NCBI GenBank assembly: GCA_900553145.1 | Contig: USCL01000001.1 | Coordinates: forward strand, 1 to 61,788 | Length of the DNA: 61,788 nucleotides | Source of the DNA: an uncultured Desulfovibrio sp. | Lineage (GTDB): Bacteria; Desulfobacterota; Desulfovibrionia; Desulfovibrionales; Desulfovibrionaceae | Direction of reading: 5' to 3' | Part shown: in pieces, positions 29,354 through 39,320 of the stretch | Position numbering within the stretch: position 1 is the stretch's first letter | How the letters are laid out: every line of letters begins with the position of its first letter | Made by a program: the position numbers and the translations under genes | Notes under the pieces: generated by a model | Seen by the model: the letters and a program-made list of their open reading frames with translations, nothing else | Database searches by the model: none | What the model was told of the DNA's origin: nothing

Positions 29354-30790
29354 ATGGAAACCGCAAGAAAGCCGTTGAACGAAGATCGCGTCGCCCTGTT
29401 GCTTGGAAGCGTCATCTTTATCCTAGCCCTGCTCAAGTTCGGTGGGATGGACATGCTCGGCTGGGCCGTCAAAATCGGCATGTGGGTGGGCGATCCGCTC
29501 GACGCATGGCGTCCCGCCACCAAAGGCCTTCTCCCCGGCTATGGCGCATTGTTCGCTACGTATGCCATCCTGACGGGCGCGTTGGCCTGCTGCGTGAAGC
29601 TCATGGGGAACGACGTGGCGAAGTTCGTCAAGTCCTTCACCATCATCTTCTTTATCGCCATGATTTGTTATACGCTGGGCGCCAACGCCTACATCGCGGC
29701 CAACCCCACCCAGCTTAAGGCTCAGGGGATTCCGTGGGCGCTGGGCCTGAGCACCGAAGCCGGGCTCATCCTTGCCCTCGTCATGGGCATCGTGATCAGC
29801 AACTTTATGCCGAACCTTGCGGAATCTCTGAAGGACGCCTGCCGTCCCGAGCTGTTCGTCAAGATCGCCATCGTCATCATGGGCGCGGAACTCGGCGTAA
29901 AGGCCGCCGACGCCGCCGGTTTCGCCGGGCACATCATCTTCCGGGGGCTGTGCGCCATCGTCGAAGCCTACCTCCTGTATTGGTGCGTGGTCTATTACGT
30001 GGCCCGCCGGTACTTCAAGTTCAACCGCGAATGGGCGGCCCCGCTGGCGTCCGGCATCTCCATCTGCGGCGTATCCGCCGCCATCGCCACGGGCGCGGCC
30101 ATCCGCTCCCGGCCTGTCGTCCCGATCATGGTCTCCTCGCTCGTCGTGGTGTTCACCTGCATCGAAATGCTGATCCTGCCCTTCATCGCGCAGCACTTCC
30201 TGACCGGCGAACCCATGGTCGCGGGCGGCTGGATGGGCCTCGCCGTCAAGTCCGACGGCGGCGCCATCGCTTCCGGCGCCATCGCCGAATCGCTGATCCT
30301 CGCCAAGGCCGCCGAAGCCGGGATCAACTGGGAACCCGGCTGGATCATCATGGTCACCACCACCGTCAAGATCTTCATTGACGTCTTCATCGGCGTATGG
30401 GCTCTGGTCCTCGCATGGGTATGGTGCACCAAGTTCGACAAGTCCGGCGACAGGACCATGCACTGGGGCGACGTGTGGGCCCGTTTCCCCCGCTTCGTGC
30501 TCGGCTACATCATCACGTTCGCCATCCTCCTCATCATCTGCCTCCAGTCCCCCGAGCTTCAGAAGACCGGCGCGAGCGTTTCCGGTACGCTGAACGCGTT
30601 CCGCGTCATCTTCTTCCTGCTCACCTTCTTCACCATCGGCATGGTGTCGAACTTCCGCAAGCTCATGGAAGAAGGGATCGGCAAGCTGGCCATCGTCTAT
30701 GTGGTATGCCTGTTCGGCTTCATCATCTGGCTCGGGCTGTTCATCTCGTGGCTGTTCTTCCACGGCATGACCCCTCCGTTGGCCTCCTGA
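29354..30790 (+). CDS. Putative sulfate exporter (PSE/YeiH, UPF0324) family membrane protein
   Basis: Multi-TM protein with GISICGVSAAIA, MVAGGWMG and FPRFVLGY motifs; GAGG RBS. Confidence 0.85.
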   Translation: METARKPLNEDRVALLLGSVIFILALLKFGGMDMLGWAVKIGMWVGDPLDAWRPATKGLLPGYGALFATYAILTGALACCVKLMGNDVAKFVKSFTIIFFIAMICYTLGANAYIAANPTQLKAQGIPWALGLSTEAGLILALVMGIVISNFMPNLAESLKDACRPELFVKIAIVIMGAELGVKAADAAGFAGHIIFRGLCAIVEAYLLYWCVVYYVARRYFKFNREWAAPLASGISICGVSAAIATGAAIRSRPVVPIMVSSLVVVFTCIEMLILPFIAQHFLTGEPMVAGGWMGLAVKSDGGAIASGAIAESLILAKAAEAGINWEPGWIIMVTTTVKIFIDVFIGVWALVLAWVWCTKFDKSGDRTMHWGDVWARFPRFVLGYIITFAILLIICLQSPELQKTGASVSGTLNAFRVIFFLLTFFTIGMVSNFRKLMEEGIGKLAIVYVVCLFGFIIWLGLFISWLFFHGMTPPLAS

Positions 30791-30822
30791 TTCCACGCAC
30801 CGCTTAGCTAAGGAGAACGATC

Positions 30823-30996
30823 ATGGCAGAAAAAAACAAGAACGACGTGAAGTTTCACGAAGAAATACAAAAGATGGAATACGAACCCATGGACGAAACG
30901 GAGCTCAAGCTCATCAAGGGCGGCATCACTTTGGGCATCGTCCTGCTTGTGGTTCTCTTCGTTGTGAGTAAATATCTTCTTCCCGGCCTTCATTAA
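30823..30996 (+). CDS. 57-aa single-TM protein co-transcribed with the exporter (absent from the ORF track)
   Basis: AAGGAG RBS; MAEKNKNDVKFHEEIQKMEYEPMDETELKLIKGGITLGIVLLVVLFVVSKYLLPGLH. Confidence 0.8.
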   Translation: MAEKNKNDVKFHEEIQKMEYEPMDETELKLIKGGITLGIVLLVVLFVVSKYLLPGLH

Positions 30997-31049
30997 TCTT
31001 TAAACACGGCGGGGGGAGAGTCCGCCTCTCCTCCCGCGGACACACCGCC

Positions 31050-31322
31050 ATGTCTCAATACAAGCTTGTCTACTACTCAGGGATGAACATGAACCTCGTC
31101 AAAGGCGCTTCCGAAGTTGTGGAAGCGGATTCCTTCAGCAACGCCCTGGCCTTCAAATGCTCATGGCCTGTTTTTGAGGCGAGGGATCACCTCTCGGCAG
31201 CCGCCCAAAACCCCGGCACCTGCGTCTACTACACTGAAATGTGGGAAGCCGTCCTGCTGGACCCGAAACAGGCATCCACCGACCACGACTGTTACGGCGA
31301 TTTCTCCGGGATGCGCTATTAG
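31050..31322 (+). CDS. Hypothetical protein (90 aa)
   Basis: ATG-started ORF co-oriented with the upstream operon, plausible composition; no family recognised. Confidence 0.6.
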   Translation: MSQYKLVYYSGMNMNLVKGASEVVEADSFSNALAFKCSWPVFEARDHLSAAAQNPGTCVYYTEMWEAVLLDPKQASTDHDCYGDFSGMRY

Positions 31323-32222
31323 GGAACCAGCCGCCCCAGACGGACGGCGAATACGCTCCGTGAGACAGGCGCAGCGGGCCTGACGTTCCTCTTGCCCCTG
31401 CAGGCGTCCCCAAAGGATGCCCAAAGCCCCCGGGCCTGAATGGCCTTTTGGGGGCTTTGGGCGTTTATTCGACAAACGGCGAAGCGGCCCTCCCAAGCGT
31501 ATGTTTGGGAGGGCCGCTTCGCGCCGGGGCTGGTTCCGGATTGGAAGCATCGGAAGCGCCACGCCCATACGTTTCATGTGTCGACAATCATGAATGGCCA
31601 TAAAGGAAGCCAGATGGAAAGGAAAAGGGGCTATGGAAACGGCTCAACAAAGCCTCTTTCGGATACTGTACTTTTGTTTATGCCAATAAAGACCTCATGA
31701 TATGGATCAACACAGTCTTTTGTGGCGGCACGGCATCCTGAAACGGCAGTACAGCATGTGCTTTATGTGACATGCAGCACGTTCAAGACAATGCATCCTT
31801 CCCACGATGCCCATACATGCCTCCGTTCCCATGCGATACACTTTATTAAATAATAAAAATGAATTATGTTAAAAGATCAGAAAAAAGCTCTCCATATCGG
31901 ACACGTTTCGACAACGCAGCAAAGAAGCTTTCTTCACCCTGACGGAAATATTTTGCGAAATAGCATTTCATACAATCTTAACATAGTTAAATAACATAGT
32001 ATTTATTGTGAACATGCATGTCGGATTTATGCTCCGCACAAGGCCGGATATCGGATCCATCTTCGGTCAAAATGCCGATAATTTTTCAGCATTACAATGT
32101 ATTCCGCAATATACGGCCATCCATCTCATCTCTTTTCACCGCCCTCTAGCCTTCAATGATTTTCTGTGTTAGTGTCGACATTAGGTTTTTTTTCACAATT
32201 CAACCGTGAGAGGAGAACGTTC

Positions 32223-33230
32223 ATGAGCTACAAGAAAATGCTTCCCCTTGTGCTGGCGGCCCTGCTTCTGTGGACCGTCCCCGCGTCCGCCGCGCCGGAA
32301 ACGACGCTGAAAGTCGCCGTGGGTGACCCTGAAGATTCCGAAATGGGTGTCGTCGGCCATGCTTTTAAAAAGTATGTGGAAGAAAAAACGGGCGGCAAAG
32401 TGGAAGTGCAGTGCTTCTACGGTGGCTCTCTGGGCGACGAAAGCGAAGCGTTCCGTAACGTCCAGAAAGGCACCCTGCCCCTGGCCATGGGCGGTATCGC
32501 CAACCTCGTGCCTTTTGAAAAGAAGCTCGGCCTGCTGACCCTGCCCTATCTGTTCGCCAACATCGACGAAGTCGTGACCGGCACCAACGGCGCGCCCGCC
32601 GAACTGCTGAACAAGTACTCCACCAAGGCCGGTTTCCGCATCCTCACGTGGACCTACACGGACTTCCGCTACATCTCCAACTCCAAGCGCCCCATCACCA
32701 AGATGGCCGATATTCAGGGCCTGAAGTTCCGCGTGCCCCAGAGCGCCGTGCTGATCGCCGCCTATAAGGCCTTCGGCGGCAGCCCGACCCCCATCTCCTG
32801 GGCCGAAACCTTCACCGCGCTCCAGCAGGGCGTCGTGGACGGCCAGTGCTACGGCTACATCGGCTTCAAGGCCATGAAGTTCAACGAAGCCAACCAGAAG
32901 TACCTCACCGAGGTACACTACACCTATCAGCTGCAGCCTCTGGTCATCAGCGAACGCGTGTTCAAGAAGATGACCCCCGAAATGCAGAAGATCATCGTTG
33001 ACGCCGGCAAGTACGCTCAGGACACCGTCCTGAAGTACCAGCTCGAAAACGCCGACGCCGCCAAGAAGGAACTCATCGCCGGCGGCCTCGTGGTTTCCCA
33101 GCTCGAAGACGAAGACCAGTGGAAGAAGGCCGCCATGGAAAAGGTATGGCCCGAAATGGCTGACTTCGTGGGCGGCAAGGACGCCATCAACGAATACCTG
33201 AAGGCTTGCGGCAAGGACGCCTGGAAGTAA
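32223..33230 (+). CDS. TRAP transporter substrate-binding protein DctP
   Basis: AGGAG RBS, signal peptide, GLKFRVPQS and FTALQQGVVDGQ motifs; paralog of 16017-17018. Confidence 0.92.
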   Translation: MSYKKMLPLVLAALLLWTVPASAAPETTLKVAVGDPEDSEMGVVGHAFKKYVEEKTGGKVEVQCFYGGSLGDESEAFRNVQKGTLPLAMGGIANLVPFEKKLGLLTLPYLFANIDEVVTGTNGAPAELLNKYSTKAGFRILTWTYTDFRYISNSKRPITKMADIQGLKFRVPQSAVLIAAYKAFGGSPTPISWAETFTALQQGVVDGQCYGYIGFKAMKFNEANQKYLTEVHYTYQLQPLVISERVFKKMTPEMQKIIVDAGKYAQDTVLKYQLENADAAKKELIAGGLVVSQLEDEDQWKKAAMEKVWPEMADFVGGKDAINEYLKACGKDAWK

Positions 33231-33475
33231 TTCGTCATGAAGACATGGGGGTTCGGTCTGCGGGGGCGGACCTGCCCCTCTTGAGTACGGAAGGAATCCG
33301 TGTAGCGCCGCTGGTGCCGGTCTGTTTGTGCGGGACGGCGTCAGAGGCAGGGGAACACGGATTCCTCCTGTGCGGAATGTCTTCTCGCTGCGGGGTTCGC
33401 CGTTTTTCGGCCCGGCTCCCTTCCGGGAAATGCCGTCCCGCCCTTTTTAAGGATTTGGGAGGAGGAATAGCAAGC

Positions 33476-34021
33476 GTGAAAAAAGTAGTCTTGGCCCTTT
33501 TGGACCACTTCGAAAGCTATCTGTGCCAGTTTTTGCTGGTCTTCTTTGTCGTTGTCATTCTGCTCCAGATCGTCCTGCGGCAGATCAACATGTCGCTGCC
33601 GTGGACGGAAGAAATCGCCCGTTTCGCCTTTATCTGGTTCATCCTGTTCGGCGCGTGCTATGCGACGCGCCTGTGCGCCCTGAACCGCGTGACGCTCCAG
33701 TTTTCCAGAGCGCCCAAGTGGGTGGGGGACCTGTTCCTGTTCATCGGCGACATCATCTGGTTCTGCTTTTCGCTCATCATGGCTTGGGAAGGCTATGTCG
33801 CCGTTCTCGACCTCGTGGAATTTCCGTACGCGACCCCGGCCTTGGACTGGGATTTGGGCATGGTTTACCTTGTCTTCCCGTTGAGCTTCCTGCTGATGGC
33901 CATCCGCATCGTTCAGGTGAACGTCATCAAGTACATCCTGAAACAGGAGATTCTTGATCCGGATCAGGAATCCATCAAAGAAAGCCAGAAGACGCTCATG
34001 GCAGAAGGAGACAAGGAATGA
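33476..34021 (+). CDS. TRAP transporter small permease DctQ
   Basis: GGAGG RBS + GTG start; WTEEIARF motif; paralog of 17115-17660. Confidence 0.88.
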   Translation: MKKVVLALLDHFESYLCQFLLVFFVVVILLQIVLRQINMSLPWTEEIARFAFIWFILFGACYATRLCALNRVTLQFSRAPKWVGDLFLFIGDIIWFCFSLIMAWEGYVAVLDLVEFPYATPALDWDLGMVYLVFPLSFLLMAIRIVQVNVIKYILKQEILDPDQESIKESQKTLMAEGDKE

Positions 34022-35325
34022 TGGAAGCCCTTTCCCCCGCGAACATCGGCCTTCTGCTGTTCGGCATCTTCTTCGTGCTGCTGCTTATCGGCAGCCCGAT
34101 CATGGTCGCCCTCGGCGTTGCGACCATGGCCTGCTTCATTGTGCTCGACATTGACCTCAGCCTGATGATCGAACGTGCCTTTGCCTCGCTGACGGCCTTC
34201 CCGCTCATGGCGCTGCCGGCATTCGTCCTGGCGGGCTCACTTATGGAGGCGGCAGGCGTATCCAGACGTCTGGTGCATGTCGCCGAAAATATCGTAGGCC
34301 CCACGCCCGGCGGCCTGGCGATCTCCACCACCCTCTCCTGCGTCTTCTTCGGGGCCATCTCCGGATCCGGCCCCGCGACGACCGCCGCCGTCGGCATGCT
34401 CATGATCCCGGCCATGGCCAAGCGCGGCTACAACATCGGGTACGCGGCCGCCGCCACCGCCACCGCGGGCGGCATCGGCATCATCATCCCGCCGAGCATC
34501 CCCATGGTCATCTACGGCGTGTCCGGCCAGCAGAGCATCTCCAAGATGTTCATGGCCGGCATCCTCCCGGGCATCCTCATCGCCGTCGGCCTCAGCGTCA
34601 TGCACTTCTTCCTGTGCCGGAACCTGAAGACCGAGGGGCTGGACTGGTCCATAAAGACCTTTATCCACTCCCTGCGCGACGGCTTCTGGTCCATCCTCGC
34701 CCCGGTGATCATCCTCGGCGGCATCTACGCCGGCATCTTCACCCCGACGGAAGCCGCCGTCGTGGCCATTTTCTACACCATCCTCGTGGGTATCTTCATC
34801 CATAAGGAACTGACGCTGAAAAGCTTCATGGCCTCCCTCAAGACCACGTCATGGCTGACGGGCCGCGTGCTCGTGCTTGTCTTCACGGCGACGGCCTTCG
34901 GCTACCTGCTCACCTCGTACCGGATTCCGGTGGAAATCGCCAACTGGATCCTGTCCTTCACCAACAACGTGCACCTTGTGTGGTTCTTCGTGGTCGCCCT
35001 CCTGCTGTTCCTCGGGATGTTCATGGAAACCCTCGCCATCATCATGCTGGTGACGCCGGTGCTGCTGCCCATCATGACGGCATATGGGGTCGATCCGATC
35101 CATTTCGGCATCATCCTCATCTGCTGCTGCGGCATCGGGTTCTCCACGCCGCCGCTGGGCGAAAACATGTTCATCGCCTCAGGTATCGCCAATATTTCCC
35201 TTGAGGAAATATCCCTCAAGGCGCTGCCGCTCGTGGCGATCAACATCGCCGTTATCGCCATCTTGGTGATATTCCCGGATATCGTGCTCTTCCTGCCCAA
35301 CCTCATGGGGACCGGGCTGCAATAA
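34018..35325 (+). CDS. TRAP transporter large permease DctM
   Basis: FGAISGSGPAT, IIPPSIPM, FTPTEAA and GVDPIHFG motifs. Confidence 0.93.
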   Translation: MMEALSPANIGLLLFGIFFVLLLIGSPIMVALGVATMACFIVLDIDLSLMIERAFASLTAFPLMALPAFVLAGSLMEAAGVSRRLVHVAENIVGPTPGGLAISTTLSCVFFGAISGSGPATTAAVGMLMIPAMAKRGYNIGYAAAATATAGGIGIIIPPSIPMVIYGVSGQQSISKMFMAGILPGILIAVGLSVMHFFLCRNLKTEGLDWSIKTFIHSLRDGFWSILAPVIILGGIYAGIFTPTEAAVVAIFYTILVGIFIHKELTLKSFMASLKTTSWLTGRVLVLVFTATAFGYLLTSYRIPVEIANWILSFTNNVHLVWFFVVALLLFLGMFMETLAIIMLVTPVLLPIMTAYGVDPIHFGIILICCCGIGFSTPPLGENMFIASGIANISLEEISLKALPLVAINIAVIAILVIFPDIVLFLPNLMGTGLQ

Positions 35326-35390
35326 TTGCCGGGCGGCGGGCCATCCCCGCCGCCTTCGTTTCCAACAAGCCAATCAAAGAAGAGAATGCT

Positions 35391-36413
35391 ATGAGCTGCA
35401 AGACCATCGTTTCCTTGCTTATGGCGGGGTTCTTCCTGTGCGCCGCTTCCGCTTCCGCCGCGCCCGCACCCGCGCCGCATAAGACGCTGACCATCGCCAT
35501 GGGCGATCCCGAAAGCTCCGAAATGGGCGTCGTGGGCAATGCGTTCAAGAAGTACGTGGAAGACAAGACCGGCGGCGCCATCCAAGTCATCTGCATTTAC
35601 GGCGGCTCGCCGGGCGACGACGAAGGGGAACGTTTCCGCAAAGTCCAAAAGGGCACGCTCGACATGGCCCTTGGCGGCATCGCCAATATCGTGCCCCTTG
35701 AGAAGAAGCTGGGCCTGCTGACCCTGCCCTACCTGTTCGCCAACCTGAACGAAGTCGTGGCCGGGACCAACGGCGCCCCCGCGGAACTGCTGAACAAGTA
35801 CGCCTCCGAAGCCGGATTCCGGGTTCTGACGTGGACGTATGCGGGCTTCCGTTTCATCTCCAACGACAAGCACCCGATCACCAAGCTGGACGACCTGAAG
35901 GGCTTGAAGGTCCGCGTGCCCCAAAGCGCGGTCATGATCGCCACCTACAAGGCATTCGGCGCCATCCCGTCCCTCGTCCCGTGGTCCATGACCTTCAATG
36001 CCCTCCAGTCCGGCGACGTCGACGGCCAGTGTTACGGCTACATCGGCTTCCGGGCCATGAAGTTCAACGAAGCCAACCAGCGTTACCTGACCGAGGTGCA
36101 CTACACCTATCACCTCCAGCCTCTGGTCATCAGCGAACGCGTCTTTGAAAAGCTGACGCCCGAAGTCCGGCAGATCCTGATCGACGCGGGCAAGTATGCG
36201 CAGGAAAAGTCGCTGCTGTTCCAGATCGAGCAGGCCGAAGCCTCCAAGCGGGAACTCGTGGCCGGGGGCCTCAAGGTTTCCCAGCTGGAAGACGAAGATC
36301 AGTGGAAGAAGATCGCCACCGAAAAGGTCTGGCCTGAAATGGCCGACTTTGTGGGCGGCAAGGAAGCCATCAACGAATACCTGAAGGCCTGCGGCAAGCA
36401 GCCTTGGAATTAG
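35391..36413 (+). CDS. Second DctP substrate-binding protein of the cluster
   Basis: Signal peptide; closely related to 32223-33230 (for example the shared QLEDEDQWKK..EKVWPEMADFVGGK). Confidence 0.92.
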   Translation: MSCKTIVSLLMAGFFLCAASASAAPAPAPHKTLTIAMGDPESSEMGVVGNAFKKYVEDKTGGAIQVICIYGGSPGDDEGERFRKVQKGTLDMALGGIANIVPLEKKLGLLTLPYLFANLNEVVAGTNGAPAELLNKYASEAGFRVLTWTYAGFRFISNDKHPITKLDDLKGLKVRVPQSAVMIATYKAFGAIPSLVPWSMTFNALQSGDVDGQCYGYIGFRAMKFNEANQRYLTEVHYTYHLQPLVISERVFEKLTPEVRQILIDAGKYAQEKSLLFQIEQAEASKRELVAGGLKVSQLEDEDQWKKIATEKVWPEMADFVGGKEAINEYLKACGKQPWN

Positions 36414-36423
36414 TGGCATGACC

Positions 36424-36455
36424 GAAGCCCGGGCGGCACCTGCCCGGGCTTTTTT
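36424..36455 (+). terminator. Intrinsic terminator after TRAP cluster 2
   Basis: AAGCCCGGGCGG-CA-CCTGCCCGGGCTTTTTT. Confidence 0.75.
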
Positions 36456-36495
36456 ATCGGAAAAACGAGCCTTCACCGACGATTATGCGAAGACA

Positions 36496-37470
36496 TCAGG
36501 CCCGGCCGCGCTTCCAGCCCCATCCCCTTCCGACGATCACCGCGGGGACCACGGACAGGGCGGGAATGAGCGAAACCAGCGAGCCCGCGAGGATAAACAG
36601 GATGCCCGCAACCATATTCAACGGGATGGCTTCCTGCAGGAAGGCCAGCGCCAGTACGGGGGCGAGGGCGGGCTTGAAAAAGAAGACCAGCGAGGCGGTG
36701 ATGGGGGAAGTCGCCTCCATCGCCATGAAGTAGCAGGCGAAACCGGCCCCGGTCACGCCGACGCAGATGTACAGCATCATCAGCGCGCTGAACGGGGTAT
36801 ACCCGGAAAGCAGGGGGATATCCGCAAAAAGTCCGAGCCCGATGCCCTCGAGGAAATCAGCGACCGACGAGAGGCGGCTGAACGCGACGATACAGGCCAT
36901 TTCGAGGCTGGCGAACAGAAAACTCCCGCAGGTCACTACGACGCCGGAATACTTGGCGCACATTTTCGTCCCAAGCACGGCATAGAGGGCGAACACCGCC
37001 GTGGACAGCATGGTGAAGATGATGCCCGCCGTACTGATGGACGTGTTCAGCGGATTGATCAGGATAAGAATGCCGAGGCATTCCAGCACCAGTGCCATAA
37101 CGTGCTGACGCCGGATCTGCGTGTGCAGGACGAGCCCCGCGAAAACGAGCACAAAGACAGGGTTGCAACTGAACAGGACGGCCACGACCGAGGCGTTCGT
37201 GTTCTCGACGGCGAGCTGATACAAGGTCATGCTGACCACGATCCCCAGAAAGCCGAGCCCCGCCAGCTTGGCGAAACTGAGGGCGTCGATCCGGACGCCG
37301 CGCTTTCTGAGCATCCGTCTGGCGAACGGGATCAGGACAAGGCCGCCGATGAGGAAGCGCGTGAGGTTGAGCTGGACAGGATTAAACAGCCCGGCAACGC
37401 CCTTGAGCGCGATTTCCATCGTGCTGAAGAACAGCGTTGCCAACACAATAAACAGGTAACCTCTTTTCAT
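36496..37470 (-). CDS. DMT/EamA family transporter
   Basis: About 10 TM segments in two EamA repeats; AAGGGG RBS before MKRGYLFIVLAT. Confidence 0.88.
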   Translation of the reverse strand: MKRGYLFIVLATLFFSTMEIALKGVAGLFNPVQLNLTRFLIGGLVLIPFARRMLRKRGVRIDALSFAKLAGLGFLGIVVSMTLYQLAVENTNASVVAVLFSCNPVFVLVFAGLVLHTQIRRQHVMALVLECLGILILINPLNTSISTAGIIFTMLSTAVFALYAVLGTKMCAKYSGVVVTCGSFLFASLEMACIVAFSRLSSVADFLEGIGLGLFADIPLLSGYTPFSALMMLYICVGVTGAGFACYFMAMEATSPITASLVFFFKPALAPVLALAFLQEAIPLNMVAGILFILAGSLVSLIPALSVVPAVIVGRGWGWKRGRA

Positions 37471-37627
37471 AATGGCATATCCCCTTATTGCGGAACCGGA
37501 TCCCCCGTGCGCAGCAGCCATCCCGGCCGTGCTCCTTCCGCAACGTGGGAACCTACCTGCCCCCGTTCGTACGCTACGCCCATTCATGCGTAAAATGAAA
37601 TATACTCATGAGAAACATGCTTTCAAG

Positions 37628-38581
37628 TTAAGGCTGTCCCCCGGTGCCGTCCCTCCCCTCTTCATACGGCCGTTCGCTGCCCTCCCCTGCGGGCTGCCTG
37701 CCGGTCAGGCAGCGGATGAAGGCGCGCCCCGCATGTGAAATCAGGCTTCGCTTTCTGGTCACCACCGCAATGGCCCGTTCGGGGATCGCATGCTCCGGCC
37801 GCAGCTCGAAGACGCTCCCGGCCTGAAGGCTCTCCTCCGCAAAACGCCGTACGGTAATGCCCACGCCGAGCCCGCGCTCCACGAAAGGAACGATCAGCAC
37901 CGTCGTCGCCAAGGCGCATTCCGGATCGAGCACAACGCCGTGCGACTGGAAGAACGCATCAAGGTACCCCCGTGTGCTGGTCCCCTTTTCCGGGCATATG
38001 ATCGGGAGCTTGGCAATCTCACCCAGCGAGAGTACGGAGCCTTCCAGATGGCGGAACGACTTGCCCGCGATGAACACATCCTGAACCGTGCAAACCGGAA
38101 TCAGATCCAGATCCTCGTTTTCCTCCACAGGCGTGAACACGACGCCCAGATCGATCCGGCGGGCGCGCAGCGCGGCAATCGTTTCGGGCGTCGATGCCGT
38201 GATGGTACTGATGCGGACTTTGGGATAGTCCTTATGGAACCGCTCCAGATATGGGAGCAAAAAGGCGTGCATGATCATATCGGAGGAACCGATATGGATG
38301 CTTCCCCAATCCAGATGCAGCATGGCCTGAAGCTTTTTTTCCCCGATGGCGATCTGCTCGCAGGCCTGAGAGACATGCTGATAGAGCACCTCCCCTTCCG
38401 GGGTAAGCCGCATCCCTTTGTGCATCCTGTAAAACAGATTGCAGCCAAGTATTTTTTCAAGCTGCCGCACGCATTTGCTCACCGCCGGCTGAGAAAGGAA
38501 CAAAGCCCGGGCCGCAAGGGTAATGCTCCCAAGCTGGGCCACATGATAAAAAACCTTGTAATATTCAAACGAAACATTCAT
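37628..38581 (-). CDS. LysR family transcriptional regulator
   Basis: HTH GSITLAARALFLSQPAVSKCVRQLE and LTPEG motif; GTG 38590 is an alternative start. Confidence 0.92.
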   Translation of the reverse strand: MNVSFEYYKVFYHVAQLGSITLAARALFLSQPAVSKCVRQLEKILGCNLFYRMHKGMRLTPEGEVLYQHVSQACEQIAIGEKKLQAMLHLDWGSIHIGSSDMIMHAFLLPYLERFHKDYPKVRISTITASTPETIAALRARRIDLGVVFTPVEENEDLDLIPVCTVQDVFIAGKSFRHLEGSVLSLGEIAKLPIICPEKGTSTRGYLDAFFQSHGVVLDPECALATTVLIVPFVERGLGVGITVRRFAEESLQAGSVFELRPEHAIPERAIAVVTRKRSLISHAGRAFIRCLTGRQPAGEGSERPYEEGRDGTGGQP

Positions 38582-38945
38582 GCCTGCCACCCCGTTCGGA
38601 CGATTCCCCTTGCATTGTCATGCAACAGACCGGCAAGGCAAGCCCTTTTCGGCGGATTGAAGGGAAACCATGCCTTCACACCGGCATACCCGCCCTCTTT
38701 TTTCCGCATCCGGCATGATGCCAAAAGCCCTCTCCCGCGTCGGCCCATGCGGCACTCCACAAGAAAAACGTTTTGCCCCCTATGAGAGGATACAAATTCC
38801 GCGTACCGGATAGGCAGGAAAAGTGCCCCTCAGTCAATCCATCATAACCCCTTTACAGAGAAAAGCTCTTTTCCCGTTTTGCGGGATAATGGCCGGGAAC
38901 CCATGCCTACCGGCGAAAATTTTTCGCCGGATCGCAAAAAAAAGC

Positions 38946-38974
38946 TTGCCAGCCGCTTCGGTTTTGCATATACC
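38946..38974 (+). promoter_or_regulatory. Sigma-70 promoter of tRNA-Leu
   Basis: TTGCCA-N17-TATACC preceded by an A-tract, ending 9 nt before the tRNA. Confidence 0.6.
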
Positions 38975-38983
38975 TCTTTTCGC

Positions 38984-39068
38984 GCCGAGGTGGTGGAACT
39001 GGTAGACACGCTATCTTGAGGTGGTAGTGGGAATTCCTGTGCGGGTTCGAGTCCCGCCCTCGGCACCA
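38984..39068 (+). tRNA. tRNA-Leu (anticodon GAG)
   Basis: GCCGAGG/CCTCGGC acceptor stem, CTATC-TTGAGGT-GGTAG anticodon arm, variable arm, GGTTCGAGTCC, CCA end. Confidence 0.96.
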
Positions 39069-39077
39069 CGTGAATAT

Positions 39078-39112
39078 AAGCGGTTACTTTTACAGTAACC
39101 GCTTTTCTTTTT
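39078..39112 (+). terminator. Intrinsic terminator after tRNA-Leu
   Basis: AAGCGGTTAC-N7-GTAACCGCTT-TTCTTTTT. Confidence 0.75.
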
Positions 39113-39159
39113 AGGCGTTCTTGTTCCAAGTGTTACACAAAGGTGTTACACAGAGGGGC

Positions 39160-39320
39160 ATGGACGCCTTGTCTTTATCCTCCAATATCGTGCGGCGCGG
39201 GGCTGTTTATTACATTCGGGTTAGGGTTCCCTCTGACCTGCTGGACTACTATGCCCCCAAGAAAGAGATCACCTACAGCCTCAAGACCAAAGCCCCACGG
39301 GAAGCCAAGCGGAAAGGGAA
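39160..39320 (+). pseudogene. Truncated integrase N-terminal (DUF6538-like) fragment
   Basis: GAGGGG RBS; NIVRRGAVYYIRVRVPSDL...EITYSLKTK.PREAKR resembles the N-terminal arm-binding domain of tyrosine integrases; no catalytic domain follows; adjacent to the tRNA 3' end. Confidence 0.7.
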
